Positions 7,174 to 16,814 of a DNA stretch of 64,000 bases are shown here, piece after piece. The notes below the pieces were generated by a model, which worked only from the letters and a program-made list of their open reading frames with translations, did not search any database and was not told the origin of the DNA. Position 1 is the first letter of the stretch. The number at the start of each line of letters is the position of its first letter. This stretch comes from Candidatus Saccharimonadia bacterium. Its GTDB lineage: Bacteria; Patescibacteriota; SICC01. A program made the position numbers and the translations under genes. Where the stretch lies: NCBI GenBank assembly GCA_025449535.1, contig JANWJF010000001.1:677136-741135 (forward strand). Direction: 5' to 3'.

Positions 7174-9639
7174 ATGAAGCGCTACGACCCGCAGTCGATC
7201 GAGCCGAAGTGGCAGGAGATCTGGGAGAAGACCGGGGTGTTCAAGACGCCGGACGAGCCGAAGGACAAGCAGTACGTGCTCGATATGTTCCCGTACCCGT
7301 CGGCGGACGGGCTGCATACCGGCCACCCGCGTGGCTACACCGCCACTGACGTCTTCGCCCACTACCGGCGCTTCACCGGGCACGACGTCCTGCACCCGAT
7401 CGGCTGGGACGCCTTCGGTCTGCCGGCCGAGAACGCGGCGATCAAGAAAGGCGTCCATCCGGCCGAGAACACGGCGCAGAACATCGAGAACTTCCGTCGC
7501 CAGCTCAAGCGGCTCGGGTACTCCTACGACTGGGATCGCGAGGTGAACACCTCCGATCCGGATTACTACAAGTGGACCCAGTGGATCTTCACGGAACTGT
7601 TCAAGGCGGGGCTCGTCTACCGGGCGGCAGGCCAGCAGTGGTGGTGCCCGAAGGACAAGACGGTCCTGGCCAACGAGCAGGTCGTCGACGGCCGCTGCGA
7701 GCGCTGCGGCAGTGAGGTCACCAAGAAGGAGCTGACGCAGTGGTATTTCAAGATCACCGAGTACGCGGACGAGCTGATCGACTCGTTGGACGAACTCGAC
7801 TGGCCGGAGCCGATCAAGGCGATGCAGCGGAACTGGATCGGTCGGAGCGAGGGCCTGTTGTTCTCCGCGCCGGTGAAGGACATGGACCTGGAGATCCAGA
7901 CGTTCTCCGCACACTATGAGGCGTTCCGGGCGGACACGTTCGTGGTGATCGCACCGGACCATCCGCTTCTACCTAGGCTGATCGAAGACACGGAGAACGA
8001 AGCGCAAGTCCGGCAGTTCTGCGACTACCTGATCGAGAAACGGATCAAACGGGGGTTCGAGGAAGAGAAGGAGTCCGAAGGTATCTTCACGGGCCGATAC
8101 GTCGTCGACCCGGTCGGCAACGGCGAACTGCCGATCTGGGTAGCAAGCTACGCATTGGCGGACTACGGAACCGGTATCGTGAAGTGCTCCGCGCATGACG
8201 AACGCGACTTCAAGTTCGCCAAGAAGTACCGGATCCCGCTCAAGGCGGTACTCATGCCGAAGGACGCCAAAGAACGCCGCCAAGTCGAGGCGTTCGAGGA
8301 GTGTTACACGGACTTCGACCAGGGCGTGCTCACTGAACCGGAGGAGTTGGCCGGTAAGCGCGCCCATGACGTCTCCGAGGAAGTGAAGGGCTACGCGGAG
8401 AAGCACGAACTGGCCAAGCGGCAGACGCAGTACAAACTCCGCGACTGGCTGATCTCCCGCCAGCGCTACTGGGGCACGCCGATCCCGATCATCCATTGCG
8501 ACAAGTGCGGCCCGCAGCCGGTGGCGGAAAAAGGCTTGCCGGTGGAGCTGCCGGACGTGAAGGACTACCTGCCGACCGGTGACGGCCGGAGCCCTTTGGC
8601 CAAGGTCACGGACTTCGTGAAGACGACCTGCCCGAAATGCGGGGGTCCGGCCGAGCGGGAGACGGACACCATGGATACCTTCGCCGACTCGAACTGGTAC
8701 TTCCTGCGGTACCCGAATCCGCGCAAGGAGGACGGTGCCTTCGACAAGGAAGCGCTGCGGCAGTGGTTGCCGGTGGACATGTACGTCGGCGGGGCCGAGC
8801 ATGCCGTCCTGCACCTGCTGTACGCGCGGTTCTGGACCAAGGCGCTGGCGGACCGGAAGTACCTCGGGTTCCGCGAGCCGTTCAAGAGTCTTCGCAACCA
8901 GGGGCTGATCATGGCCGAGGACGGCCGCAAGATGAGCAAGTCGCTCGGTAACGTCGTGAATCCGGACGACGTGATCAAGGCGTTCGGCGCGGACACGCTC
9001 CGGTTGTTCGAGCTATTCATCGGGCCGTTCGACCAGCCGGCGGCCTGGGACACCAAGGGCATCGAAGGCAGCTACCGGTTCCTGAAGCGCGTCTGGGCGT
9101 TCGGGCAAGGGTTGCTCGAGGCCCCGGACGGCGTCGACCAGGAGACCGATATCGCCGAGACGGGACTGGAGCGTGCCGTATCCAAGGCCACCAAGCGGAT
9201 CACGTCGTCCATCGAGCAGTTCCGGTTCAATACGGCCGTCAGCGGGCTGATGGAAGCGCTCAACGGCCTCCAGGAACAGGTAGCGAAGACGGGGCCGCAC
9301 GCCGTATACCGGCCGTACTTCGAGCGCTACCTCATCCTGCTGTCGCCATTCGCGCCGCACCTCGCAGAGGAACTCTGGCACGAGCTCGGCCATGAGGAAT
9401 CGATCTTCACGCAGGACTGGCCGACCGTCGATGAGTCGGCGATCAAGGACGAGACGGTCCCGATCCCCGTGCAGGTGAACGGCAAGCTTCGCGCGACGCT
9501 GGAACTGCCGGCGGACGGACTCTCCGAAGCCGTCGTGACCGAGGCAGCGCTGTCCGAAGCCGCGGTCAAGAAGCACTTGGCCGGCAAGCCGAAGAAGGCC
9601 ATCTATATCAACGGCAAGTTGCTGAACCTGGTCGGATGA
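7174..9639 (+). CDS. leuS: leucyl-tRNA synthetase
   Basis: Class I HxGH-type motif (HTGH) and KMSKS; 821 aa; ribosome-binding site ctaggaggg. Confidence 0.95.
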   Translation: MKRYDPQSIEPKWQEIWEKTGVFKTPDEPKDKQYVLDMFPYPSADGLHTGHPRGYTATDVFAHYRRFTGHDVLHPIGWDAFGLPAENAAIKKGVHPAENTAQNIENFRRQLKRLGYSYDWDREVNTSDPDYYKWTQWIFTELFKAGLVYRAAGQQWWCPKDKTVLANEQVVDGRCERCGSEVTKKELTQWYFKITEYADELIDSLDELDWPEPIKAMQRNWIGRSEGLLFSAPVKDMDLEIQTFSAHYEAFRADTFVVIAPDHPLLPRLIEDTENEAQVRQFCDYLIEKRIKRGFEEEKESEGIFTGRYVVDPVGNGELPIWVASYALADYGTGIVKCSAHDERDFKFAKKYRIPLKAVLMPKDAKERRQVEAFEECYTDFDQGVLTEPEELAGKRAHDVSEEVKGYAEKHELAKRQTQYKLRDWLISRQRYWGTPIPIIHCDKCGPQPVAEKGLPVELPDVKDYLPTGDGRSPLAKVTDFVKTTCPKCGGPAERETDTMDTFADSNWYFLRYPNPRKEDGAFDKEALRQWLPVDMYVGGAEHAVLHLLYARFWTKALADRKYLGFREPFKSLRNQGLIMAEDGRKMSKSLGNVVNPDDVIKAFGADTLRLFELFIGPFDQPAAWDTKGIEGSYRFLKRVWAFGQGLLEAPDGVDQETDIAETGLERAVSKATKRITSSIEQFRFNTAVSGLMEALNGLQEQVAKTGPHAVYRPYFERYLILLSPFAPHLAEELWHELGHEESIFTQDWPTVDESAIKDETVPIPVQVNGKLRATLELPADGLSEAVVTEAALSEAAVKKHLAGKPKKAIYINGKLLNLVG

Positions 9640-10124
9640 ACGCGATCGACATCAGGCCGCTCCTGGGGGCGGACCGGGGCGAGTCCCTTCCGTTCGCGCT
9701 TTCCGCCGACCGTCCGAAGCTGCCCGACGTACCGGCCCTGCGGGACTTGAAAGCTTCCGGCGATGTCTCGAAGGTCGACGCCGGGTTCCTGGTCGCCGGC
9801 ACGCTCACGGGAACGATCCGATTGGAATGCGCCCGGTGTCTCAAGCCGTTCGACCATCCGTTGTCACTGGCGTTCTCGGAGGAATTCGCCCTCGAGCCCG
9901 GCGACGAACAGTTTCCGGCCGGCAAGGAACGCCTCGACCCCAGTGCGATGTTCAGGTTCGTCATCCTGACGCACCTGCCCGAGCGGCCGCTCCATGATCC
10001 GGCGTGCCAAGGACTGTGCGCGACCTGTGGCAAGGACCTCAACGAGGAACCGCACGAGCATCCGCCGGAAGATACCGACGAGGACGGGAACCCGTTTTCG
10101 AAGCTCAAAAAGCTCAAGGACTAG
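9636..10124 (+). CDS. yceD: DUF177/YceD-family protein (large-subunit accumulation protein)
   Basis: CxxC…CxxC pairs (ECARC, CATCG); conserved position immediately upstream of rpmF; ATGA overlap with leuS. Confidence 0.75.
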   Translation: MNAIDIRPLLGADRGESLPFALSADRPKLPDVPALRDLKASGDVSKVDAGFLVAGTLTGTIRLECARCLKPFDHPLSLAFSEEFALEPGDEQFPAGKERLDPSAMFRFVILTHLPERPLHDPACQGLCATCGKDLNEEPHEHPPEDTDEDGNPFSKLKKLKD

Positions 10125-10140
10125 GGACTACTACCTCCCG

Positions 10141-10159
10141 GCGACTACCTGTAAGCTAG
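10141..10159 (+). promoter_or_regulatory. 19-nt motif GCGACTACCTGTAAGCTAG containing a TAAGCT -10-like hexamer 7 nt before the rpmF ATG (leaderless promoter candidate); identical copy at 43236-43254
   Basis: Exact 19-nt repeat at two loci, each 5-7 nt upstream of an ATG. Confidence 0.5.
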
Positions 10160-10164
10160 TACGT

Positions 10165-10338
10165 ATGGCCGTACCCAAGCAAAAGAAGTCCAAGTCGCGC
10201 ACTCGCCAGGGCAGGGCGCACTTGGCCGTGAAGCCGGCCGCTGCGGTGAAGACCGCGACGGGCCTCCGTCTCAGCCACCGGGTCGACCCGGATACCGGCA
10301 AGTACCGGGGCCGTGAGGTCGTCAAACCCAAGGACTGA
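10165..10338 (+). CDS. rpmF: 50S ribosomal protein L32
   Basis: MAVPKQKKSKSRTRQGRAH N-terminus; 57 aa. Confidence 0.85.
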   Translation: MAVPKQKKSKSRTRQGRAHLAVKPAAAVKTATGLRLSHRVDPDTGKYRGREVVKPKD

Positions 10339-10670
10339 TGGCGACGATAGACGATTTCGGGAAGCTCGACGTCCGCGTCGGGAAGATCGTGGCGGTCGAG
10401 GACTTCCCGGAGGCGCGGAAGCCCGCGTACAAGCTGCGGATCGACTTCGGCGGCGAGGTCGGCGAGAAGCGTTCCTGCGCCCAGTTGGTCAAGAATTACT
10501 CGAAGGACGACCTGCAGGACAAGCTCGTGCTCGGCGTGGTGAACCTGCCACCGCTCACGGTCGGCCCGGCCGTCTCCGAGGTCCTGGTCCTGGGAGTTCC
10601 CGACGTCGCCGGCGAGTGCGTCCTGGTGGAGCCCGGGAAGAACGTCTCCGTAGGGGCGAAATTATACTGA
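10338..10670 (+). CDS. tRNA-binding domain protein (CsaA/Trbp111-like)
   Basis: GKLDVRVGKIV…ARKPAYKLRIDFG motif typical of the tRNA-binding OB fold; ATGA overlap with rpmF. Confidence 0.7.
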   Translation: MATIDDFGKLDVRVGKIVAVEDFPEARKPAYKLRIDFGGEVGEKRSCAQLVKNYSKDDLQDKLVLGVVNLPPLTVGPAVSEVLVLGVPDVAGECVLVEPGKNVSVGAKLY

Positions 10671-10690
10671 ACTAACGGTAGGCTGGAACC

Positions 10691-11179
10691 ATGGCTAACC
10701 GACACGTGCTCCGTACCATCCTCATGCAGTCGCTGTATGAGCAGGAGTTCCATCCGAAGTCGCCGCTGAAGGACATCGCCGCGCGGTACCTCGGCCGCGA
10801 GCAGGTCAGCGAAGACGAGCGGGCCTACGTCGAGCACGCCGCCGCCGGCCTGGGCAAGCACCAGCAGGCGATCGACAAGCTGATCGTCAAGCACGCGCCG
10901 GAGTGGCCGCTCGACCAGATCGCGTCGATAGACCGGGCGGTGCTCAGGCTCGGCATCTACGAGGTGCTCTATTCCGAGGAGGTCCCGCCGAAGGTGGCGA
11001 TCAACGAGGCGGTGGAGATCGCCAAGGCGTTCGGCGGTGAGAACTCCGGTTCGTTCGTGAACGGGGTGCTCGGGACCGTCTATCGCAGCAGCGACAAGTA
11101 TGATGAGAAGGATGAAGACACAAAGACAACCGAATCCGCGGAAGCCGAAGCGTCCGCGCCGGCATCCGAGCCGGAGTAA
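10691..11179 (+). CDS. nusB: transcription antitermination factor NusB
   Basis: NusB-like fold signature (LRTILMQSLYE…AVLRLGIYE…INEAVEIAK). Confidence 0.85.
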   Translation: MANRHVLRTILMQSLYEQEFHPKSPLKDIAARYLGREQVSEDERAYVEHAAAGLGKHQQAIDKLIVKHAPEWPLDQIASIDRAVLRLGIYEVLYSEEVPPKVAINEAVEIAKAFGGENSGSFVNGVLGTVYRSSDKYDEKDEDTKTTESAEAEASAPASEPE

Positions 11180-11204
11180 CGGCAAGAAGCTGGTCAAGGC
11201 GGCC

Positions 11205-11633
11205 GTGGCTGGCGGCGTGGTGTTCGCCAAGATCGACGGCACGCTGAAGTACCTGATGATCCAGCACGCCTACAACCACCAGTGGTCATTGCCGAAGGGT
11301 CACGTCGACGAGAAGGAACCCACATTGGACGCGGGCATCCGCGAAGTGGAAGAAGAGACGGGGGTGCCGTGCAAAGTGATCGAATTCCTCGGCTTCACTA
11401 ACATCTGGACTTCCCATGAGGGGTATCATTTATTGAGACGGCAACACACCTACCTGATGGAGCCGTCCGGCGACCCGACCATCCACCGCGAGAAGATCGA
11501 TCCCGAGGAAGGCATGATCCGAGACGCCCGCTGGCTCACCTACGAGGAAACCATGCAGAAAGTGAAGTACAAGAATATCCGTCCGTTGATCCGGCAGGCC
11601 CATGCCCGGATAAAGGAGCTCGGCCGTGACTGA
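11205..11633 (+). CDS. NUDIX hydrolase (start uncertain; GTG 11205 or earlier)
   Basis: Nudix box GHVDEKE…REVEEETG; the in-frame ATG at 11100 would overlap nusB by 80 nt. Confidence 0.6.
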   Translation: MAGGVVFAKIDGTLKYLMIQHAYNHQWSLPKGHVDEKEPTLDAGIREVEEETGVPCKVIEFLGFTNIWTSHEGYHLLRRQHTYLMEPSGDPTIHREKIDPEEGMIRDARWLTYEETMQKVKYKNIRPLIRQAHARIKELGRD

Positions 11634-12339
11634 GCCGACCGACCTCAAGGTGCTCCAGAAGTCGCTGGGGCTGCGGTTCAAGGATGACGACCTGCTGCGC
11701 TCAGCGCTGGTCCACCGGAGCTACCTCAACGAGAACCGGGACTTCTCGCTGCCGCACAATGAGCGACTGGAGTTCCTGGGTGACGCCGTGCTCGAGCTCG
11801 TGGTAACGGATCATCTCTACAACACCTACAACCAGCCCGAGGGCGAGCTCACCAGCCTGCGTTCCGCACTGGTGCGCACCGAGCACCTGGCGAAGGTCGC
11901 CGGCGGTCTCGGACTCGGTCAGGCCCTGCTGATGTCCAAAGGGGAGGAGAAGAGCGGGGGACGTGAGCGTCCGGCGCTCCTGGCGAATACCTGCGAAGCG
12001 GTGATCGGCGCGATCTACCTCGACCAGGGGTATGCCACGGTGAACCGGTTCATCCACCAGCGGATCATCAGCGCGCTGGAAGGAATCATCGCCGAGGAAG
12101 CCCACCGCGACCCGAAGAGCCTGCTCCAGGAGGCGGCCCAGGAGCGGTTCAACCGGACGCCGCGCTACAAAGTACTGAAGGCGACCGGGCCCGACCATGC
12201 CAAGCACTTTACGGTGGCGGTCCAGGTCGGGGACAATGTGGTCGGCGAGGGCGAGGGCAATTCCAAGCAGACGGCCGAACGGGCCGCGGCCCAGGCGGCC
12301 CTCGACGGATCGTTCAAGCAACCGGACAAGAAGGGGTAA
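11626..12339 (+). CDS. rnc: ribonuclease III
   Basis: ERLEFLGDAVLE signature plus a C-terminal dsRNA-binding domain; GTG start overlapping the upstream stop. Confidence 0.9.
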   Translation: MTEPTDLKVLQKSLGLRFKDDDLLRSALVHRSYLNENRDFSLPHNERLEFLGDAVLELVVTDHLYNTYNQPEGELTSLRSALVRTEHLAKVAGGLGLGQALLMSKGEEKSGGRERPALLANTCEAVIGAIYLDQGYATVNRFIHQRIISALEGIIAEEAHRDPKSLLQEAAQERFNRTPRYKVLKATGPDHAKHFTVAVQVGDNVVGEGEGNSKQTAERAAAQAALDGSFKQPDKKG

Positions 12340-12355
12340 CCGGCTTTTCGTACCC

Positions 12356-14830
12356 ATGTTCCTGCAATCCTTAGAACTCACCGGTTTCAAATCGTTCGCC
12401 AAGCGGACCAAATTGGAATTCCAGCCCGGCATCACCGGCATCGTTGGCCCGAACGGCTCCGGCAAGTCGAACATCGCCGACGCGATCCGCTGGGTGCTCG
12501 GCGCGCAGTCGAAGAAGGCCGTGCGCGGCAAGGTCTCGACGGACGTGATCTTCTCTGGGACGTCCAAGCGCCCCGCGATGAGCCTGTCCGAGGTCTCGCT
12601 GACGTTCGACAATTCGCGCAAGCTGCTGCCGTACGACTACGACGAGGTCGTCGTCACGCGGCGCCTGTACCGAAGCGGCGACTCGGAGTACCTCGTCAAC
12701 GGCGGCAAGGTACGGCTGACGGACCTGCTGCACGCGTTCGCGGTGGCCGGAGTCGGTGCCGAGAACTACACGGTGATCTCCCAGGGGCTGGTGGACAAGG
12801 TCCTCAGCCAGACGCCGGAGCAGCGGCGCGGACTGTTCGAGGAAGCGGCCGGCGTCCGACAGTTCTACCTGAAGCGCGACGAAGCCAAGCGGAAGCTGGC
12901 GGAGACCGACCGCAACCTCGGCCGGGTGCATGACATCCTCAAGGAGCTCGGCCCGCGGCTGAAGTCGCTGGCCCGGCAGGCGGACGCGTTGGCCAAACGG
13001 GCGGAGGTCGAGCAGCGGTTGAAGGACGCGTTGCTCGGGTTCTACGGCCGCCGGTATCGGGATCTCTCCAAGGACGCGAAGGAGCGTCGCGCCAAGCGCG
13101 AGGAACTCGAGGGTGAGCTGGCCAAGCTCGGCACCGAGCTCGACGCGCTTGGCAAGGAAGTCGACGCGCTGCGATCGCGCCAGCAGGGCCTGACCCTGAA
13201 CAAGCTGTTCGCGGAGCGGAACGGCATCGCGCAAGAACGGGACGAACTGCGCGAACGGACGAACAAAGCGATCACCGCACGGGAGGTCGCCAAGGCGACG
13301 ATCGAGCGACTGCGGTCCGAGCGGAAGAACTTCGAGGCCCGGTTGGAACTGCTGCCGGAAGCCGGCGGCGGCAAGACGGTGGACACCAAGGATATCGATC
13401 GGAAGATAGCGGACGTCGAGAAGCGCATCGAGAGCCTGGAACGCCCCGTGGAAGGCGGATTGCCGTTGCTGCTGGATGAGATCGACGGGCTGGTGCACCA
13501 GTTGGAGGAAGCGGTACGCCGGGGCGATGCGACGGACGCGATCGAGCTGAAGATCGACGGCCTCCGAAACTTGCTCGGCCGGGCAAGGCGGATCGTGGAC
13601 GGCGAGCCCGACGACGCGATCGCGGAGCGCACAAAGCTGCAGGAAGAGCTGGCTTCGCTAAAGGTCCAGCGGGCGTCACGCGCCGAGGCTACCAAGCTGC
13701 GGAACGAACAGGCGAAACAGACCGGGAAGGAACGGGAGACGCTCGTCGCGCGGCTGGCGGAGATAAAGACGGAACTCGCCACGGCGGAACGCACTGTCGA
13801 GGAGTCGGCGACCGCGCTCGGCGGATCCGAGGAGCAGCTCAAGGAGCTCGAGTCCAAGATCGTGGCACTGGACAAGCAGGTCGCGACGGAACAACAGCGG
13901 AGCTTCGGCGAGTCCGACGAACTCAAGGGCAAGGAAGAGGCGCTCCGCGCCAAGCATCGGACGCAGGACGAGTATCGGCGCGAATTGGAAGCGCAGAACC
14001 TGGAGCTGGCCAAGCTGGAGACCAAGCTCGACGACCTCGTCCATGAGGCCAAGGGCAAGTTGGCGACGCTCAAGGGAGATACCGCGTTCCCGATGGCCGA
14101 CGATGTCCAGTTGCCGGCCGAGGAGGTAGACGAGGAGAAGATCGCCAAGCTGGAGCGCAGGCTCATGGAGATGGGCGGGATCGACCCGGCCGTCACCGCG
14201 GAGCACCAGGAGGTCGAGGAGCGACATCAGTTCCTGACGACCCAAGGCGAGGACCTGTCCAAGGCGAAGAAGGACCTCGAGCAGGTGATTCGCGAGCTCG
14301 AGCAGAAGAGCCGGATGCTCTTCACCGACGCGTTCGAGAAGATCGGGGCCGTCTTCAGCGAATACTTCGACAAGCTGTTCGGCGGGGGCAGGGCCTCGTT
14401 GGAACTGGTCGAGCCGAAGCTGGAGGATGTCGAGGAGTCCGAGGGGCCGCGCAAGCTGGACGCCGGCATCGAGATCAAGGCCGTGCCGCCCGGCAAGCGA
14501 CTGAAGTCGCTGGCCCAGTTGTCCGGCGGCGAGCGGGCGCTGACCTCCGTGGCACTGCTGTTCGCGATCCTCAAGGTGAACCCGTCGCCGTTCGTGATGC
14601 TCGACGAGGTCGACGCCGCGCTCGACGAAGCGAATACCGGCCGGTTCGCCAGCGTGCTCTCCGAGATGGGCGAGCTGACGCAATTCCTGGTCGTCACGCA
14701 TAACAGAGACACGATGAAGGCCGCGGCGATGCTCTACGGCGTCAGCATGGACTCCACGGGCGTCTCGACGATGCTGTCGCTGAAGCTGCCGGAAGCGGAG
14801 AAGGTCTCAAGTCCTAAAGTCCGTGCGTAG
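12356..14830 (+). CDS. smc: SMC-family chromosome partition ATPase, compact and hingeless (824 aa)
   Basis: Walker A GPNGSGKSN, ABC signature LSGGERAL, Walker B FVMLDEVDAALD; long coiled coil in between, but no recognisable hinge motif at mid-protein; the conserved rnc-smc adjacency supports the call. Confidence 0.75.
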   Translation: MFLQSLELTGFKSFAKRTKLEFQPGITGIVGPNGSGKSNIADAIRWVLGAQSKKAVRGKVSTDVIFSGTSKRPAMSLSEVSLTFDNSRKLLPYDYDEVVVTRRLYRSGDSEYLVNGGKVRLTDLLHAFAVAGVGAENYTVISQGLVDKVLSQTPEQRRGLFEEAAGVRQFYLKRDEAKRKLAETDRNLGRVHDILKELGPRLKSLARQADALAKRAEVEQRLKDALLGFYGRRYRDLSKDAKERRAKREELEGELAKLGTELDALGKEVDALRSRQQGLTLNKLFAERNGIAQERDELRERTNKAITAREVAKATIERLRSERKNFEARLELLPEAGGGKTVDTKDIDRKIADVEKRIESLERPVEGGLPLLLDEIDGLVHQLEEAVRRGDATDAIELKIDGLRNLLGRARRIVDGEPDDAIAERTKLQEELASLKVQRASRAEATKLRNEQAKQTGKERETLVARLAEIKTELATAERTVEESATALGGSEEQLKELESKIVALDKQVATEQQRSFGESDELKGKEEALRAKHRTQDEYRRELEAQNLELAKLETKLDDLVHEAKGKLATLKGDTAFPMADDVQLPAEEVDEEKIAKLERRLMEMGGIDPAVTAEHQEVEERHQFLTTQGEDLSKAKKDLEQVIRELEQKSRMLFTDAFEKIGAVFSEYFDKLFGGGRASLELVEPKLEDVEESEGPRKLDAGIEIKAVPPGKRLKSLAQLSGGERALTSVALLFAILKVNPSPFVMLDEVDAALDEANTGRFASVLSEMGELTQFLVVTHNRDTMKAAAMLYGVSMDSTGVSTMLSLKLPEAEKVSSPKVRA

Positions 14831-14851
14831 ATCGTATTCAGATAAAACCTA

Positions 14852-15574
14852 ATGGACCTGCTTCTTGTATTTATTGGGGGCTTCTTGGCGGCCTTATTTG
14901 GATCTATGGCTGGGGGCGGTGCTGCTTTCTTTGGTCTTTATGCGCTGCTTTTCTTAGGACTACCGCTTAATGCTGCAATTGCCACGAACAGTTTTGGAAG
15001 TCTCGGGTTTTTCATGACTTCAATTAGGAACTTCTTTAATCAAGGGCTTGTTAACAAGAGCATCATTATTACGCTATTGGCTCTTCAAGGAATAGGTGTC
15101 GCAATCGGAACATTTCTACTTATCCAATTAAGCGGCCTGGCGATTAAAGTCATCGTTACACTAATTATCGCTACGGCATTTTTGTTATTAGCATTTCAAC
15201 GAGGCCAGAACCATTCAGGTAAGGCTAATCCATTATGGAAACCCGTGTACTTTTTTTATGCGCTGTATTCAGGTTTAATCGGGACCGGATCAGGAGCAAT
15301 CAGAACATTTTGCCTCATTAGACTAAGGAAACTTCCTGCCTTACAAGCCGTCGCGAACGGTTTTGTGGCTACATTTCCCTTTGCTTTTTTATCAACTGGC
15401 GCGTTGTTATATGCAGGACTAGTAGACATTAGGCTAGGAGTCATGCTTCTGGCGGGTAATTTGTTAGGAGCCCATATTGGATCCAAAATTGCTATCAGAA
15501 AAGGTAATGATTTTGTGCGCCAGATGGTTTTGGTTTTTATGGTCATAACATTGATAGTGGTATGGACGTTGTAG
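14852..15574 (+). CDS. TSUP/TauE-SafE-family membrane transporter (DUF81), on a low-GC single-gene insert
   Basis: Polytopic membrane protein with a GGGAAFFG motif; GC ~42% against ~65% in the flanks. Confidence 0.7.
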   Translation: MDLLLVFIGGFLAALFGSMAGGGAAFFGLYALLFLGLPLNAAIATNSFGSLGFFMTSIRNFFNQGLVNKSIIITLLALQGIGVAIGTFLLIQLSGLAIKVIVTLIIATAFLLLAFQRGQNHSGKANPLWKPVYFFYALYSGLIGTGSGAIRTFCLIRLRKLPALQAVANGFVATFPFAFLSTGALLYAGLVDIRLGVMLLAGNLLGAHIGSKIAIRKGNDFVRQMVLVFMVITLIVVWTL

Positions 15575-15634
15575 AAAGTTGCCGCCTAGGCCGTTCTCGC
15601 GTAACCTAGACTCCGTACACAGGAGACACAGAAC

Positions 15635-16141
15635 TTGTTGGTTATCAGATTATCCCGAACCGGACGAACGAAGCGCCCCCATTACCGCGTCGTCGTCGCG
15701 GAGAAAAGCGCGGCCGTCAAAGGTCGCTACTTGGAGGTGCTCGGCCACTTCGATCCGCGGACCAAGGAACTGAAGGTCGACGAGGAACGGACCAAGGTCC
15801 GGCTCAAGGACGGTGCCCAGCCGAGCGAGACCGCGGAAATGCTGCTCGAGAAGGCCGGCGTCCTGAAGCGGGACAAGCTCAAGGACGAACACCGTCGCCC
15901 GACGCGCAAGAAGAAGAAGGACATCAAGGCGGAAGCCGAGGGCGGGGACGCGCCGGCCAAGCCCGCGGATGATGTCGCCGCTTCCGATGACGCGGCCGGT
16001 GATTCCAAGGACGACAAGCCGGTTGCAAAGGACGAAGCCAAGAAGGATGAAAAACCCGCCGCGCAGCCGGAAGAGAAGGCCGGGGCGGACAAACCCGAAG
16101 CCAAGAAGGAAGATAAGGATAACGAAAAAGGAGGCTCCTGA
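15635..16141 (+). CDS. rpsP: 30S ribosomal protein S16 with a Lys/Ala-rich C-terminal extension
   Basis: LVIRLSRTGRTKRPHYRVVVA N-terminus; TTG start after an aggaga ribosome-binding site. Confidence 0.9.
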   Translation: MLVIRLSRTGRTKRPHYRVVVAEKSAAVKGRYLEVLGHFDPRTKELKVDEERTKVRLKDGAQPSETAEMLLEKAGVLKRDKLKDEHRRPTRKKKKDIKAEAEGGDAPAKPADDVAASDDAAGDSKDDKPVAKDEAKKDEKPAAQPEEKAGADKPEAKKEDKDNEKGGS

Positions 16142-16659
16142 TGAGCGAAGACCAGGACAGGCAGTTCGTGGAGTTCGTGTTGAAGACCATCGTCGACCGA
16201 CCGGACGATGTAAAGGTGGAACGCACCGTAGATGAGATGGGCGTACTGCTGACCGTCACCGTACACCCGGAGGACATGGGCAAGGTGATCGGCAAGTCGG
16301 GCCAGACGGCCAAGGCGATCCGTTCGCTGCTCAAGGTCGTCGGAGCCAAGAACGACGCCCGGGTGAACATGAAGATCGTCGAACCGGACGGCGGCAAGGG
16401 TCCGAACGGCGGCGCTGCCGCAGTCGCGGGAACGACCGCGGCTGCGGATGACATCCCGGTCCAGGACCGCAGCGAGGAAGAGGCCGCCGCGGAGCAGCAG
16501 CAGACCACGGCCGACCAGCCGGACAACGAGGTGGCGATGGATTCCGACATCGACGACGCTACCGGTCAGCCTGCGGACGCTGCGGACGATGACGCACCCG
16601 AACATCGGGAAGCGGTCGACCAGGGCCTCAACGAGAAATCCCCGCTGGACGAGCTGTAA
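16141..16659 (+). CDS. KH-domain RNA-binding protein (YlqC/UPF0109 family) with an acidic C-terminal tail
   Basis: KH GxxG motif (VIGKSGQTAKAIRSLL); conserved position after rpsP. Confidence 0.75.
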   Translation: MSEDQDRQFVEFVLKTIVDRPDDVKVERTVDEMGVLLTVTVHPEDMGKVIGKSGQTAKAIRSLLKVVGAKNDARVNMKIVEPDGGKGPNGGAAAVAGTTAAADDIPVQDRSEEEAAAEQQQTTADQPDNEVAMDSDIDDATGQPADAADDDAPEHREAVDQGLNEKSPLDEL

Positions 16660-16679
16660 GCGACTCCTACGACCGGGAG

Positions 16680-16712
16680 AAAATGCCCTTGACGAGGGCA
16701 TTTTCTGTTGTT
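16680..16712 (+). terminator. intrinsic terminator (AAAATGCCC ttgacga GGGCATTTT)
   Basis: Perfect 9-bp stem followed by a T-rich tail, just after the KH gene stop. Confidence 0.7.
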
Positions 16713-16749
16713 ACAGTCTTCTGGCTGTCCTTTTAAAACGCATTTTTCA

Positions 16750-16798
16750 CTCACGCGACGCCAGCTGTGCTTATCGAGCATGCCTGGCGTCGCGTGAG
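16750..16798 (+). repeat. large hairpin: 15-bp perfect GC-rich stem (CTCACGCGACGCCAG / CTGGCGTCGCGTGAG) with a 19-nt loop
   Basis: Read directly; no T-tract; 16 nt upstream of the CUA tRNA. Confidence 0.8.
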
Positions 16799-16814
16799 CT
16801 TCACGTGACAACCC

